64,000 nt of DNA from Macrostomum lignano (GCA_002269645.1 NIVC01002868.1:1-64000); one strand, 5' to 3'. Shown: positions 36,647 through 49,092, counted from the stretch's first letter. Notes: generated from the letters alone by a model not told the origin. Program-made: numbers and translations.

Positions 36647-39600
36647 ATGGCAGCAGCAGTTGCAGAAACAGCATTGGTTCCCACTGTGGCCACTCAACAG
36701 CAGCCACCAGCAGAAGATGCTCAACCAAAAGATGACTCAAATCTGTACTCATCTCGCCTGCCTCGAATGACCAAAGAGGAGCTCAAGCGAATCTGCAAAG
36801 AGCTCAAACTGTACCTGACCCCTCACCTGAATGACATTCTCTATCTGCACTATAAAGGCTATGCTCGCATCGAGAACCTGGAAGAGTACACCGGCCTTCG
36901 CTGCCTCTTCCTCGAGTGCAATGGAATTCGAAAATTAGAAAACCTGGACGCCCAGACAGAGATGCGCTGTCTTTACATGGCAAAAAATCTGGTTGAACGA
37001 ATTGAAAATCTTGACTCAATGGTCAACTTGGACACCATCGATTTGAGTCACAATAGTCTGGAACGCATTGAGAACTTGTCTAACTTGACTAAACTGACGA
37101 AAGTGATTTTGGCTCACAACAAAGTCTCCAGCATCGAAGATCTCAAAGGATTGCTGGATTGTCCATCGCTAACCGTGGTTGATTTGCAGCACAATAAAAT
37201 TGATGATGCTCAAGTTATTGATGAGATCTTTGTTAAGATGCCAAACCTGAGGGTGCTATACCTGCAGGGCAACCCAGTGGTCAAGCAGGTAAGGATTTTT
37301 GGTTTATCTTCTTTGACCCATCTATCTGTTTATCGTTCCGCGTGCAACTCCATCCCACCCGTCTTCCCAACTCTTTCCATCATCCAACCCATCCTCCCAT
37401 TCCCACCCGTCTCCCCATCCATTCCAACTTGTCTCCCCATCCTCTCCTATTCCCACCGTCTCCCCATCCATTCCAACTCGTCTCCCCATCCTCTCCCATT
37501 CCCACCCGTCTCCCCATCCTCTCCCATTCCAACTCGTCTCCCCATCCTCTCCCATTCCCACCCGTCTCCCCATCCTCCCATTCCCACCCGTCTCCCCATC
37601 CTCCCATTCCCACCCGTCTCCCCATCCTCCCATTCCCACCCGTCTCCCCATCCTCCCATTCCCACCCGTCTCCCCATCCTCCCATTCCCACCCGTCTCCC
37701 CATCCTCCCATTCCCACCCGTCTCCCCATCCTCCCATTCCCACCCGTCTCCCCATCCTCCCATTCCCACTCGTTTCCCCATCCTCCCATTCCCACCCGTC
37801 TCCCCATCCTCCCATTCCCACCCGTCTCCCCATCCTCCCATTCCCACTCGTTTCCCCATCCTCCCATTCCCACCCGTCTCCCCATCCTCCCATTCCCACT
37901 CGTTTCCCCATCCTCCCATTCCCACCCGTCTCCCCATCCTCTCCCATTCCCACCCGTCTCCCTATCCTCTCCCATTCCAACTCGTCTTCCCATCCTCTCC
38001 CATTCCAACTCGTCTCCCCATCCTCCCATTCCCACCCGTCTCCCCATCCTCCCATTCCCACCCGTCTCCCCATCCTCCCATTCCCACCCGTCTCCCCATC
38101 CTCCCATTCCCACCCGTCTCCCCATCCTCCCATTCCCACCCGTCTCCCCATCCTCCCATTCCCACCCGTCTCCCCATCCTCCCATTCCCACCCGTCTCCC
38201 CATCCTCCCATTCCCACTCGTTTCCCCATCCTCCCATTCCCACCCGTCTCCCCATCCTCCCATTCCCACTCGTTTCCCCATCCTCTCCCATTCCCACCCG
38301 TCTCCCCATCCTCTCCCATTCCCACCCGTCTCCCTATCCTCTCCCATTCCAACTCGTCTTCCCATCCTCTCCCTTTCCAACTCGTCTCCCCATCCTCTCC
38401 CATTCCCACCCGTCTCCCCATCCTCCCATTCCCACCCGTCTCCCCATCCTCCCATTCCCACCCGTCTCCCCATCCTCCCATTCCCACTCGTTTCCCCATC
38501 CTCCCATTCCCACCCGTCTCCCCATCCTCCCATTCCCACTCGTTTCCCCATCCTCTCCCATTCCCACCCGTCTCCCCATCCTCCCATTCCCACTCGTTTC
38601 CCCATCCTCCCATTCCCACCCGTCTCCCCATCCTCCCATTCCCACTCGTTTCCCCATCCTCTCCCATTCCCACCCGTCTCCCCATCCTCTTATAATTTCT
38701 TCTTAACCTCCATCCTACCGGTCTACCCACAGCCTCTCTATCTGTTCCCAAAGAATCATATTTTACCCCCCCCCCTACATATCTACGAGCTAACACCTGA
38801 AATCCACCCCAATATTTACAGATAAAATTCTACCGCAAGACGCTGACCCACAAGCTGCCCAACCTCACTTACCTGGACGACCGTCCGGTGTTCCCCAACG
38901 ACAGGCGCTATGCTGAGGCCTACTTCTCCGGCGGGGCGGAAGCGGAACGAGCCGAACGGAAACTCGTGCAAGAAGAAGAGCAGCAAAAGACCATGGCTAG
39001 CGTGGAGTGGCTGCTAAGGAAGCGCCAGAAGAATGAAGTCGCCACCGCTCAGGTGGGGGACTTGAAACATCGAATCAGGATAATTGTGAAATCCATTTAA
39101 AAGTCACTAAAAACGTTAAAATGAGAATCATCCCCAAATCTCACCTGAGAATCGTCTAAATCTCACCTGGGAATCGTCCCCAACTATCACCTGAGAATCG
39201 TCCCCAAATCTAACCTGAGAATCGTCCCCAACTATCACCTGAGAATCGTCCCCAAATCTCACCTGAGAATCGTCCCCGAACTTCACCTGAGAATCGTCCC
39301 CGAACCTCACCTAAAATTCGTCCCCGAACCTCACCTGAGAATCTTCCCCAAATCTCACCTGAGTATTGTTCCCAAATCTTACCCGAGGATCGTCCCCAAA
39401 TTTCACCTGAGAATCGTCTCCATATCTCACCTGAGAATCGTCCCCAAATCTCACCTGAGAATCGTCTCTAAATCTCACATGAGAATCGTCTCCTAATCTC
39501 AACTAAGAATCTTCCCCAAATCTCACCTGAGAATCGTCCCCAAACCTCACCTGAGAATCGTCCTCAAATCTCACCTGAGAATCGTCTCTAAATCTCACCT

Positions 39601-40206
39601 GAGAATCGTCTCCTAATCTCACCTAAGAATCGTTCCTAAATCTACCTTCACCTGTCCTCATTGTACCCTCAGGCAAAGGCGGAGGCTGCCGCGGTGTCGC
39701 GAGGCGAAGACCCCGCCTCCGTGCCTCCCGTGGATCCCGCCAAGTGCGACTGGCTCTACGGCGATCACGTGACCTCCGACACCAACAGCGATGGCTTCGT
39801 TGACGTGATCGAAGCCGACCCACCCACCGGCGATGCCGGAGACGCCGTCGACAACCTGCCAATGATTGCTCCGCGTCAGAATGACGGCGGTGGAATTTTC
39901 TCCTCTGTCGCCAAGGATGCAGAAGAGCCGGCCGGGGATTCCAGCATCCTGTTGCTAGGCAACTCGCAGCCGTCTGAGGACAGGGATGCCGCTGCGCCCG
40001 CTGTGAAGAAATCTCCGCTGATTGTTGAACTGGATGACATTCAGCCGACTGTTGACGAGCAGATCAGCACCACCAAGGAGCCGGCGGCTGCTCCAGTTGA
40101 GAGCAGCTCGACGCTGTCGATGACTGAAATTCGCGACGCTCTCGAGGTGGCGGTGACTGCGGCAACTGAGGCTGCTAAAAGTCAGCTGGACGATGAGCTG
40201 GATTGA
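36647..40206 (+). CDS. DNAAF1: Dynein axonemal assembly factor 1 (LRRC50/ODA7), 468 aa, 3 exons
   Basis: Exons 36647-37288, 38822-39052, 39673-40206 (all phase 0). [52 protein letters not shown]22-type LRRs and [14 protein letters not shown] are diagnostic of DNAAF1. Confidence 0.93.
37370..38690. repeat. 26-bp minisatellite (CCCGTCTCCCCATCCTCCCATTCCCA)n in DNAAF1 intron 1
   Basis: About 50 tandem copies; source of the long Pro-rich and Gly-rich pseudo-ORFs. Confidence 0.95.
39125..39640. repeat. 24-bp minisatellite (GAGAATCGTCCCCAAATCTCACCT)n in DNAAF1 intron 2
   Basis: About 21 copies; the same unit recurs at 42625-43035. Confidence 0.95.
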
Positions 40207-40550
40207 TTTGTTGATTGATTAATTTATTGATTGATTTACTGATTATCGATTGATTGATTTATTGATTAGTTGATCGATTAATCGATTGATTTATTGATTA
40301 ATTTTTGATTTATTGATAAATTGATTAATTTATTGGTTGATTGATTAATTAATTGATAGACTGAATATGATCGATTGATCGATTGATTCATTAATTGATC
40401 GATCGATCGATATATTGATTAATTAAATTGTTGATTGATTAATTAATTGATCGATCGATTGGTTTATTGATTAAGTGGTTGATTGATTGATTGGTTGATT
40501 AATTGATTGACTGATTATGATCTATTGATTGATTGGTTGATTAATTTTCA
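40205..40550. repeat. Degenerate (GATT)n microsatellite starting at the DNAAF1 stop codon
   Basis: Read directly. Confidence 0.9.
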
Positions 40551-40999
40551 TATTCAAAAGTTATTGATTCAGACTGTGATTTTTTGTGTTTTTTTCTAAT
40601 TTCTTTAATTCCGTCCAAAAATGTGTGTGTGCTTTTTTAATATAAACTATTCGAAAAAAACAAGTGCACTGTTTAACTACTGTTCAGGGTGAGTTTAAGT
40701 AGTATGAGTATCGCTGGGATTCGCTAAATTTATTAATTATAATCGTTTTCTTTACTTTTTTAGTTTACCTATATTGTTTTTGTTTGATGGCAACGTTAAA
40801 AAATACACTCCAGCTTACTCACAGAGCCCTGTCTTTTTACGACAGGTTAAACAGCGAGTTGCTATCAGTGTTAGCGTTCTAGTGTGCATATAGCATTGCT
40901 TTTTTAGGAATTTAGCGTGGCAATATCAAATAGGTGCATTGTTATTCCCACCTCTACCTTATTTGGTCTCTGCCAAATCTATACCCGTCTAGCCCATCT

Positions 41000-41640
41000 A
41001 TAACTCCCCATCGACCTCAACTCCCAATATACCTCATCACCTCATCTACCCCGCCTCCTCATCTACCCCACATCCTCATCTACCCCACATCCTCATCTAC
41101 CCCACATCCTCATCTACCCCACATCCTCATCTACCCCACATCCTCATCTACCCCGCCTCCTCAACTACCCCACATCCTCATCTACCCCACATCCTCATCT
41201 ACCCCACATCCTCATCTACCCCACATCCTCATCTACCCCACATCCTCATCTACCCCACATCCTCATCTACCCCACATCCTCATCTACCCCACATCCTCAT
41301 CTACCCCACATCCTCATCTACCCCACATCCTCATCTACCCCACATCATCATCCACCCCACATCCTCATCTACCCCACATCCTCATCTACCCCACATCCTC
41401 ATCTACCCCACATCCTCATCTACCCCACATCCTCATCTACCCCACATCCTCATCTACCCCACATTATCTACCCCACATCCTCATCTACCCCACATCATCA
41501 TCTACCCCACATCCTCATCTACCCCACATCATCATCTACCCCACATCCTCATATATACCTCATAGATATACCTCATCTCCCCATCTACCCTACCTCCCCA
41601 TCTACCCCACCTTACTATCCACCCAATCTACCCCACTCCC
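41000..41640. repeat. 17-bp minisatellite (CCACATCCTCATCTACC)n between DNAAF1 and MRPL54
   Basis: About 35 copies. Confidence 0.95.
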
Positions 41641-41769
41641 CTCTACCCCACCCTGTTATCTACTATCTTATAAATCGTTTCTAACATAATGAATTATTAA
41701 AGTTTAAAGCCAACCAGCGACTTATAATGTTAGCTCAAATGACGCTATCATCCACCCGCTCTATTCCAG

Positions 41770-42345
41770 CATCCCTCGCTCGTCATCCTAAGCCGCCTGT
41801 CCCGGGCGCATCGGCTGCCATCCCGCCAGCCCCTAAGCCAGATTGTCCGCAGCTTCGCCGCCCCGCCTCCCGGAGGCGCCGCAGGCAAGAAGCTGAAAGG
41901 CAAAGGCGTGGCAGCGATCTCAACCAAGAAGGAGCACCCAGTGGAAACCGATGTCAACAAACTGGCTACTCACCTGTGCATCAACTACTACGTCGACGGA
42001 GAGTACATACCGTTGAAGCCGAAGGATTCTTACCCAGACTGGCTATTCGAGCTCAGCACGGAGATGGAGCCGCGACCTCTGGAAGATCTCGAGCCAGACT
42101 CCGAGATCTACTGGCGTCACGTGATTCAAGCTAAAATGAAAGACGTATTCAAGCTTGGCAAAATGGATGGCTGGATTAAACCGGACCATGTTCACGAGAC
42201 CAACCAGCTGGAGAGGTTCTATGGTGAAACCTATCACGAGGTGCTTAGTCACGAAGCCTCCAAAGTTGGATTGCCAACGAAATCTAGCAGTGCCGATCTG
42301 CTTGAACCTGCAGATGACAAGGCAGCAATCAAGCGTTTAACCTGA
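41770..42345 (+). CDS. MRPL54: Mitochondrial ribosomal protein L54 (mL54); no genomic in-frame start codon, 5' end placed at the splice acceptor
   Basis: Frame open from 41743 to TGA at 42345: HPSLVILSRLSRAHRLPSRQPLSQIVRSFAA...GKKLKGKG...VETDVNKLATHLCINYYVDGEYIPLKPKDSYPDWLFEL...LEDLEPDSEIYWR. This is colinear with MRPL54 (VxTDxxxL, LKPDxEYPxWLFE, LEELDP..YWR). Acceptor CTATTCCAG at 41761-41769. Confidence 0.85.
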   Translation, partial: HPSLVILSRLSRAHRLPSRQPLSQIVRSFAAPPPGGAAGKKLKGKGVAAISTKKEHPVETDVNKLATHLCINYYVDGEYIPLKPKDSYPDWLFELSTEMEPRPLEDLEPDSEIYWRHVIQAKMKDVFKLGKMDGWIKPDHVHETNQLERFYGETYHEVLSHEASKVGLPTKSSSADLLEPADDKAAIKRLT

Positions 42346-42624
42346 AACCCGATGCAGTCAGTATCTAACTCACTGATATCTGAAGTAGTCTTTGTTCATT
42401 CAATTGTCTGCAAGTATACTGTGCAATTAAAATATAACAGTTTCCAATTACAAGCTTTTGTCATCAATTACTTTTAGTAGTTCAGTTGTGTTGTAGAACA
42501 TTATAAATTTTATACACATGAAGTTTATAAACTTTTCAGCTTATTTTAATTGATTGTTGCTTCTAATCTATATGATAGTTTACAGAGAAACTTTCCAAAA
42601 ACCCACCTAAAAATCTAAGAAGCA

Positions 42625-43035
42625 TCCCCAGATCTCACCTGAGAATCGCCTCCAAATCTCACATGAGTATCGTCCCCAAATCTCACCTGAGAATCGTCCC
42701 CGAATCTCACCTAATAATCGGCCTTAAATTCACCTGAGAGTCGTCCTCAAACCTCACCAGAGAACCGTCTCCAAATCTTACCCGAGAATCGTCCCTAAAT
42801 CTCACCTCAGAATCGTCCACAAATCTCACCTGAGAATTGTCCCCGAATCTCACCAGAGAATCGTCCACAAATCTCACCTGATAATCGTTGCCAAACCTCA
42901 CCTGAGAATCGTCGCCAAATCTCACCTAAGAGTGGTCTCTAAATCTCACCTGAGAATCGTCCCCAAATCTCACCTGAGAATCGTCCCCAAACCTCACCTG
43001 AGAATCGTCCTCAAACCTCACCTGGGAATCGTCCG
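42625..43035. repeat. 24-bp minisatellite, same family as in DNAAF1 intron 2
   Basis: (GAGAATCGTCCCCAAATCTCACCT)n, about 17 copies. Confidence 0.95.
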
Positions 43036-43147
43036 TAACGTAGTTTTATGCTAGAAATATTCTTTGAAACTATTTTAAACTACTCAAATCTTTCTGGTCA
43101 GCAAACAAAATAAGCTTGTCAATTAGGTCAAAAACGAAAGGTTTGAA

Positions 43148-43840
43148 ATGTCTTCAGACTCGGCACCGAAGCAGTTATTAACAAAGTTTGTCGTGTCCCC
43201 ACTGACCGGACCGTCGCCCTACATCAAGCCCTACTGCGTTGATTTTGTGCTTGACGGTGTCAATCGCAAGTGGCACTGCATGCGCAACCATGATGCAGTG
43301 GTGATCATTGTGTACAACACAGACCGCAAAGCTCTAGTGTTAGTTCGCCAATTCAGACCAGCAACTTACTTGCAACGCTGTCTAGAGACTAACGGCGGCA
43401 AGCTGGAGTCGTTAATGTCAGTTGAGACTGCTCCGCCTTTGCCAGCAGAAGCTGGCGATGTACTGGAAGCCTGCGCTGGCATCGTTGACAAACCCGACAA
43501 GAGCTTGGCAGAAATTGCTGCGGAAGAAGTGCTGGAAGAGTGTGGCTATCGAGTTGAACCGGATAAACTTGAACTGGTTGGCTGCTGTCGGTCTGGTGTC
43601 GGGGTGTCTTCTGCTAAGCAGACAATCTACTATGCTGAGGTGTCAGATTCTGTGCAAGTCAGCGAAGGCGGTGGAAACGCTGCCGAAGGTGAACGCATTG
43701 AAGTTGTACACTGGCCTGTTGACCAGATCGACCAACTGTTGCTTGGAAGCGGTGGCACTAGCGGTAGTTGTAATGAAATTTACATTGGTCTGCAGTTCTG
43801 CCTTCTCTGGTTCAAGGTTAACAAGATGCAGTCATCGTAG
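43148..43840 (+). CDS. NUDT14: Nudix hydrolase, UDP-glucose pyrophosphatase NUDT14-like (230 aa, intronless)
   Basis: HDAVVIIVYN...LVLVRQFRPA and the variant Nudix box LEACAGIVDKPDKSLAEIAAEEVLEECGY, plus EGERIEVV, as in NUDT14. Confidence 0.88.
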   Translation: MSSDSAPKQLLTKFVVSPLTGPSPYIKPYCVDFVLDGVNRKWHCMRNHDAVVIIVYNTDRKALVLVRQFRPATYLQRCLETNGGKLESLMSVETAPPLPAEAGDVLEACAGIVDKPDKSLAEIAAEEVLEECGYRVEPDKLELVGCCRSGVGVSSAKQTIYYAEVSDSVQVSEGGGNAAEGERIEVVHWPVDQIDQLLLGSGGTSGSCNEIYIGLQFCLLWFKVNKMQSS

Positions 43841-44069
43841 TTGCCAAAGTTTTTAATATAGGCAGTTTCTTTAAACAGTTTTAATCATTTCAACTTGCGA
43901 AATATTTCATGCAACACTGCTATCGTTTTGCAATTGGTTTATTTTTCTGTTTAAAAGTAAATTTAGACTTTTACATAAATAAAATATTTCTTTAGCCAAG
44001 TGGCACGTAAACTTTGCAATTTTTAACTTTCGGATTAAGAATTCTTTTTGAGATAAGGAACTTCATTTG

Positions 44070-44770
44070 GGGGACTTGGGATTCTTCTTAGGCATCAGGG
44101 ATTCCCCTTGTTGATGAGGGATTCTCCTTAGGTACCTGGAAATCTCCATTGCTAGTGAGGGGTTCTCCCTAGGTATCTGGGATTCTCCATTGTTAGTGAG
44201 GGGTTCTCCCTGGGTATCTGGGATTCGTCCTGGGTATCTGGAATTCCATCGTGGTATCTAGGATTCCCGTTGGAAATCTGGGACTCCCCTTGGTTATTTG
44301 GGATTCCCCTTGAGTATTCGGGAGTTAGCTTGGGTATCTGGGATTCCCCCTGGGTATCTGGGATTCCCTCTGGGTATCTGGGAGTCCTGGGTATCTGGTA
44401 TTCCCCTTGGGTATCTGGGATTTCTCTTGTGTTTAGTGGGATTCCCCTTGGGTAAAGTGGGATTCCACTTGGTATCTAGGATTCTCTTAGGTATAATGGG
44501 ATTCCCTTGGGTATCTGGGATTCCTCTTGGGTATAGTAGGAATCCTTTTGGGTATTTGGGATTTCCCTTGGGTGTCTGGGATTCCCCTTGGGTGTCTGGG
44601 ATTCCCCTTGGGTGTCTGGGATTCCCCTTGGGTATCTGGGATTCCCTTGGTTATCTGGGATTTCCCTTGGGTGTCTGGGATTCCCCTTGGGTGTCTGGGA
44701 TTCCCCTTGGGTATCTGGGATTCCCTTGGTTATCTGGGATTTCCCTTGGGTATCTGTGATTCTCTAATTT
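44070..44770. repeat. 20-bp minisatellite (ATTCCCCTTGGGTGTCTGGG)n between NUDT14 and TTC21B
   Basis: Tandem, variably degenerate copies. Confidence 0.93.
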
Positions 44771-44846
44771 TTCTAATTTTCTGTCTCCTTGGGGATCATA
44801 ATTAATTCATACATATCCCCTACTGGTGCATGCTCTCCCAGCAACC

Positions 44847-47800
44847 ATGTCCGAAGCGGATCGCGAGTTCTTCTCCCTGGCATTCTATTATTTCCGTGAG
44901 CGCTACTGGCGTCACGTGATCACAGCCTGCCAGGACGCCGGCAGACGATACGGACCGGCCGACCCGCTGGTGAAGCTGTGGGAGTCCTGCGCCCTGATTG
45001 AGGAGGACCGGGTGCAGGAGGCCCTGCGCGAGTTGGAGAGTCTGAGGTCCAAGCCGGATATGAATGTGGCCGCCTTGCTGGCCATGGCTCACGCGCACCG
45101 GAAGTCGCGCCAGCCGGATCTGCAGGCCATCAAGGAGTGCGAGTCGGCCATGAGAGAGGAGCGAAAGCGTGCCGGAGAGAGAGGTCTGCTGTATGGCGGG
45201 CTGGTTGTGGTGCTGCAGGACCGACATGACAAGGCTAAGGAGTACATTGACCGGCTGCTCAAGATGAGCCCCGCATGTGTGAGTAAAATCGCAGCTGAAC
45301 TGTACATGATCCCTCAATTTACATGTACATGCTCCTTAAGAATTTACAATCCCTAAGAATGTGCAATCTCTAATAATCCGTATGAGTCCCTGATGATACA
45401 TGATCCCTAGGAATATGTAATACCTGAGAATGCATCATCCTTAAGAGTACATAATCCTTAAGAGTACATGATCCTTCAGAGTACATGACCCCTCAGAATA
45501 CATTATCCCTCAGAATACATGATCCTTCAGAGTACATGATCCCTTCAAAATACATGATCCTTCAGAGCACACGATCCTTCAGAGCACATGATCCTTAAGA
45601 GTACATGATCCTTAAGAATACATGATTCCTTAGAGTACATGATCCCTCAAAATACATGATCCTTCAAAGTACATGATCCTTAAGAGTACATGATCCTTAA
45701 GAGTACATGATCCTTAAGAATACATGATTCCTCAGAATGCATGATGCCCAGCGCGAGAACATAATCCCTAAGAATGCATGATCATGATTCCCTAAAATAC
45801 GATCCCTAAGATCCTCGTTCGCACATTAATCCCGAAATCACAGGTAACCACAAATTATCCCTAAATCACACACCTGATCCCCATTCGCACCGCCCAGGTG
45901 GAAGGCCAGGCACTGCGGGGCTGGGCGGACCTGCACTCAAAAGACGAGGCTGTGCGCAAATCCGCAGGCGCCAGCTTCGACAAGGCTGTGGAGGCCAGCA
46001 ACGGCCGGTTCCCGGATGCCCTGCTGGGCAAAGCGAAGAGCTTGGAGGCGCGCAGAAATTTCAGCGCCGCACTCGAGGTGGTGAATCAGCTGATTGTGGC
46101 TTTTCCGAGATTCCTGCCTGGACTGATTGAGAAAATGCGAGTGCAGTTGGAACTGCAAGACTGGGACCAGATGCTGGATACCGCATCCAGGTGCCTGGAC
46201 TCCGATCCCAGCTGCATTCCTGCTATGGAGTTCCAGCTGCTAAACTTGCTCTGCAGGGAGGGGAGCTATACTCAGGTGAGTGCGTTTGGGAGAACTAGAA
46301 TTTCCTTGTTGTTTTTACAGTTTAAGTATTTCCTTGTCGTTTTGGGGAATCTTGGGATTTCCCTGCTTTTTAGGAATCTTGGGGTTCCCCTGTAGTTTGG
46401 GAATCTTGGGATTTCCATGTGGTTTGGGAATATTGGGATTTCCATGTAGTTTAGGAATCTTGGGATTTCCCTGACGTTTAGAAATCTTGGAGTTTCCATG
46501 TAGTTTGTGAATCTTAGGATTTCCATGTAGTTTGGGAATCTTGGGATTTCCATGTAGTTTGTGAATCTTAGGATTTCCATGTAGTTTGGGAATCTTGGGA
46601 TTTCCATGTAGTTTAGGAATCTTGGGATTTCCATGTAGTTTAGGAATCTTGGGATTTCCATGTAGTTTAGGAATCTTTGGATTTCCCTGTAGTTTGCGAG
46701 TCTTGAAACATCCCTGAAGTTTGGGAATCTTAGAATTCCCCTGTAATTTGAGAATCTTGGGGTTCCCCTATAGTTTGGGACTCTTGGGATTTCCCTGTAG
46801 TTTGAGAATCTTGGGGTTTCGCTGTAGTTTGTGAATCTTGGGATTCCCCTGTTGTTTGGGACTCTTTGGGATTCCCCTGTTGGGACTCTTGGGATTTCCC
46901 TGTATTTTAGGAATTTTGGAATTTTACATGTAGTTTGCGAATCTTGAAACATCCCTGCAGTTTGGGAATCCTAAAATTTCCCTGTAGTTTGAGAAGCTTG
47001 GGATTTCCCTGTAGTTTAAGAATCTTGGGAATTCCCTGTAGTTTGGGAATCTTATGATTTCTCTATCTTGAGGGAATGTTGGGATTTCCATGTAGTTTGG
47101 GAATCTTAGTATATCCCTGTAGTTTTGATAATCTTGGGATTCCCATGTAGTTTGTGAAGGTTGGGATTTCTGTGTAGTCTAGGAATCTTGGGGTTCCACT
47201 GTAGTTTGGGAATCTTGGGATTTCCCTGTCTAGCAGTGTTATAGTTCAGGTCAACTGCTTATTATGAAGCATTGGTGCAAAGACTCGTAATTTCAAAGCA
47301 TTATATAATAAGTTTGTTATCAATTCCGATCAGGCCACATCCTCAGTAAGCGATCTGCTGCAGGCCATGGACCGATACGAGCCCAAGAATGTCTATCAGT
47401 ACTCTCGACTGGCAAGCCTGTTCTCCAGAGTGGTGAGGGATACTGAAGCCAAGTTTTTTGTGTGTTTTGGTTTGTTTAGTATTTTATATTATGCCAATTA
47501 AAATCATTTTTCAGGTGCCGCCCAATAGTCTTGTAAATATTTTTGTCAATTAAAATCTGTTTTTTTTTTAACTCGCAATTTTTTGTATTTGCTTTTTTGA
47601 CAATCTTCCAATCTTCTATTATTTTTGCTGATTAATTTTTGTTTAATAAATTTTATTGCTTCCATCTTGTTAAAGTGACCTGCTTTAATTTAAACTATCC
47701 TGTTTAGTGGGGTCAACTAAACCCTATTAAAATCCGCCCCCGCGAAGTTGAAACCCTCCGTAAACCCACCCTGAAAAACCTCTATAAATCCGCCAATCCG

Positions 47801-48768
47801 CCCCTGTCGCCTATTCATAAATCCGCCCCTGTCACTATCCATAAATCCGCCCCTATCACTATCCATAAATCCGCCCCTATCACTATTCATAAATCCGCCC
47901 CTGTCACTATCCATAAATCCGCCCCTATCACTATTCATAAATCCGCCCCTATCACTATCCATAAATCCGCCCCTGTCTCATCCATAAATCCGCCCCTGTC
48001 TCTGATCCATAAATCCGCCCCTATCACTATCCATAAATCCGCCCCTGTCACTATCCATAAATCCGCCCTGTCACCTCATTCATAAATCCACCCCTATCAC
48101 TATCCATAAATCCGCCCCTATCATAGTTTAGAAACAATTTCTATTCACTGTTTAAAAAATCCGCCCCTCTATCCGCCCCCCTTCCCAGGCGATCCGCCAG
48201 CCCACCATCCTGCAGCAGACTGGCTACCTTCAGGAGCGAGCCCTGGCCCTGGACAAGGACAACGCGGAACAAATCACCCGCATGGGTCACCAGCTGCTCA
48301 TGCAGGGCAAAGTTCGCGATGCCATCAAAACATTTCGCCGAGCTCTGGACCAGGATGAGAGCAGTGTGACCGCCCTGCAGGGCATAATCCGCTGCCAGCT
48401 GGCTGAAGACCTGCTGCAGGAGGCCGCCTCTCAGCTGGACTTCCTCAAAGAAGTTCAGAGCAGCCTGGGATCGACCGGGGTAAGTTGAGATTTCCATCCG
48501 CGATTCTAAAATTGCTTTTGAGTTTTCGCGTGCTCAGTTCGCTTTGATTAATTGACAAAATTTTCTCGTGTCGATTTCGCTGTTCGAACAGGATTCGAGC
48601 AAGGCGGATGAAGCGGTAACTGGATGCTGGCTGGCGATTGTTTGATGCCAGAGTGATTTTTTATTTTTGTTTTTTCCTCAATTGCGTGTCTTCTGCTTTT
48701 TTGTTGGGCAGCTCTAACTGCTTCTGTCTGTCTGTCTGTCTGTCTTTTAGTCTGTCTGTCTGTCTGTG

Positions 48769-48801
<33 letters not shown>

Positions 48802-48805
48802 TTTA

Positions 48806-48839
<34 letters not shown>

Positions 48840-48840
48840 G

Positions 48841-48892
<52 letters not shown>

Positions 48893-48929
48893 AGTCAGTC
48901 TGTCTGTCTGTCTGTCTGTCTGTCTTTTA

Positions 48930-48963
<34 letters not shown>

Positions 48964-48964
48964 G

Positions 48965-49008
<44 letters not shown>

Positions 49009-49032
49009 AGTCAGTCTGTCTGTCTGTCTGTA

Positions 49033-49064
<32 letters not shown>

Positions 49065-49092
49065 AGTCAGTCTGTCTGTCTGTCTGTCTGAC

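Noticed and set aside
37289-38796. Long ORFs in both strands (the 687-aa extension of DNAAF1, and 427, 449 and 454-aa ORFs)
   Set aside because: They are translations of the 26-bp minisatellite in DNAAF1 intron 1; the real protein splices at 37288/38822.
41727-42134. 135-aa ORF starting at ATG 41727 as the real gene
   Set aside because: It is in a different frame from the MRPL54 homology and has no recognisable motif; relevant only if an assembly indel exists.
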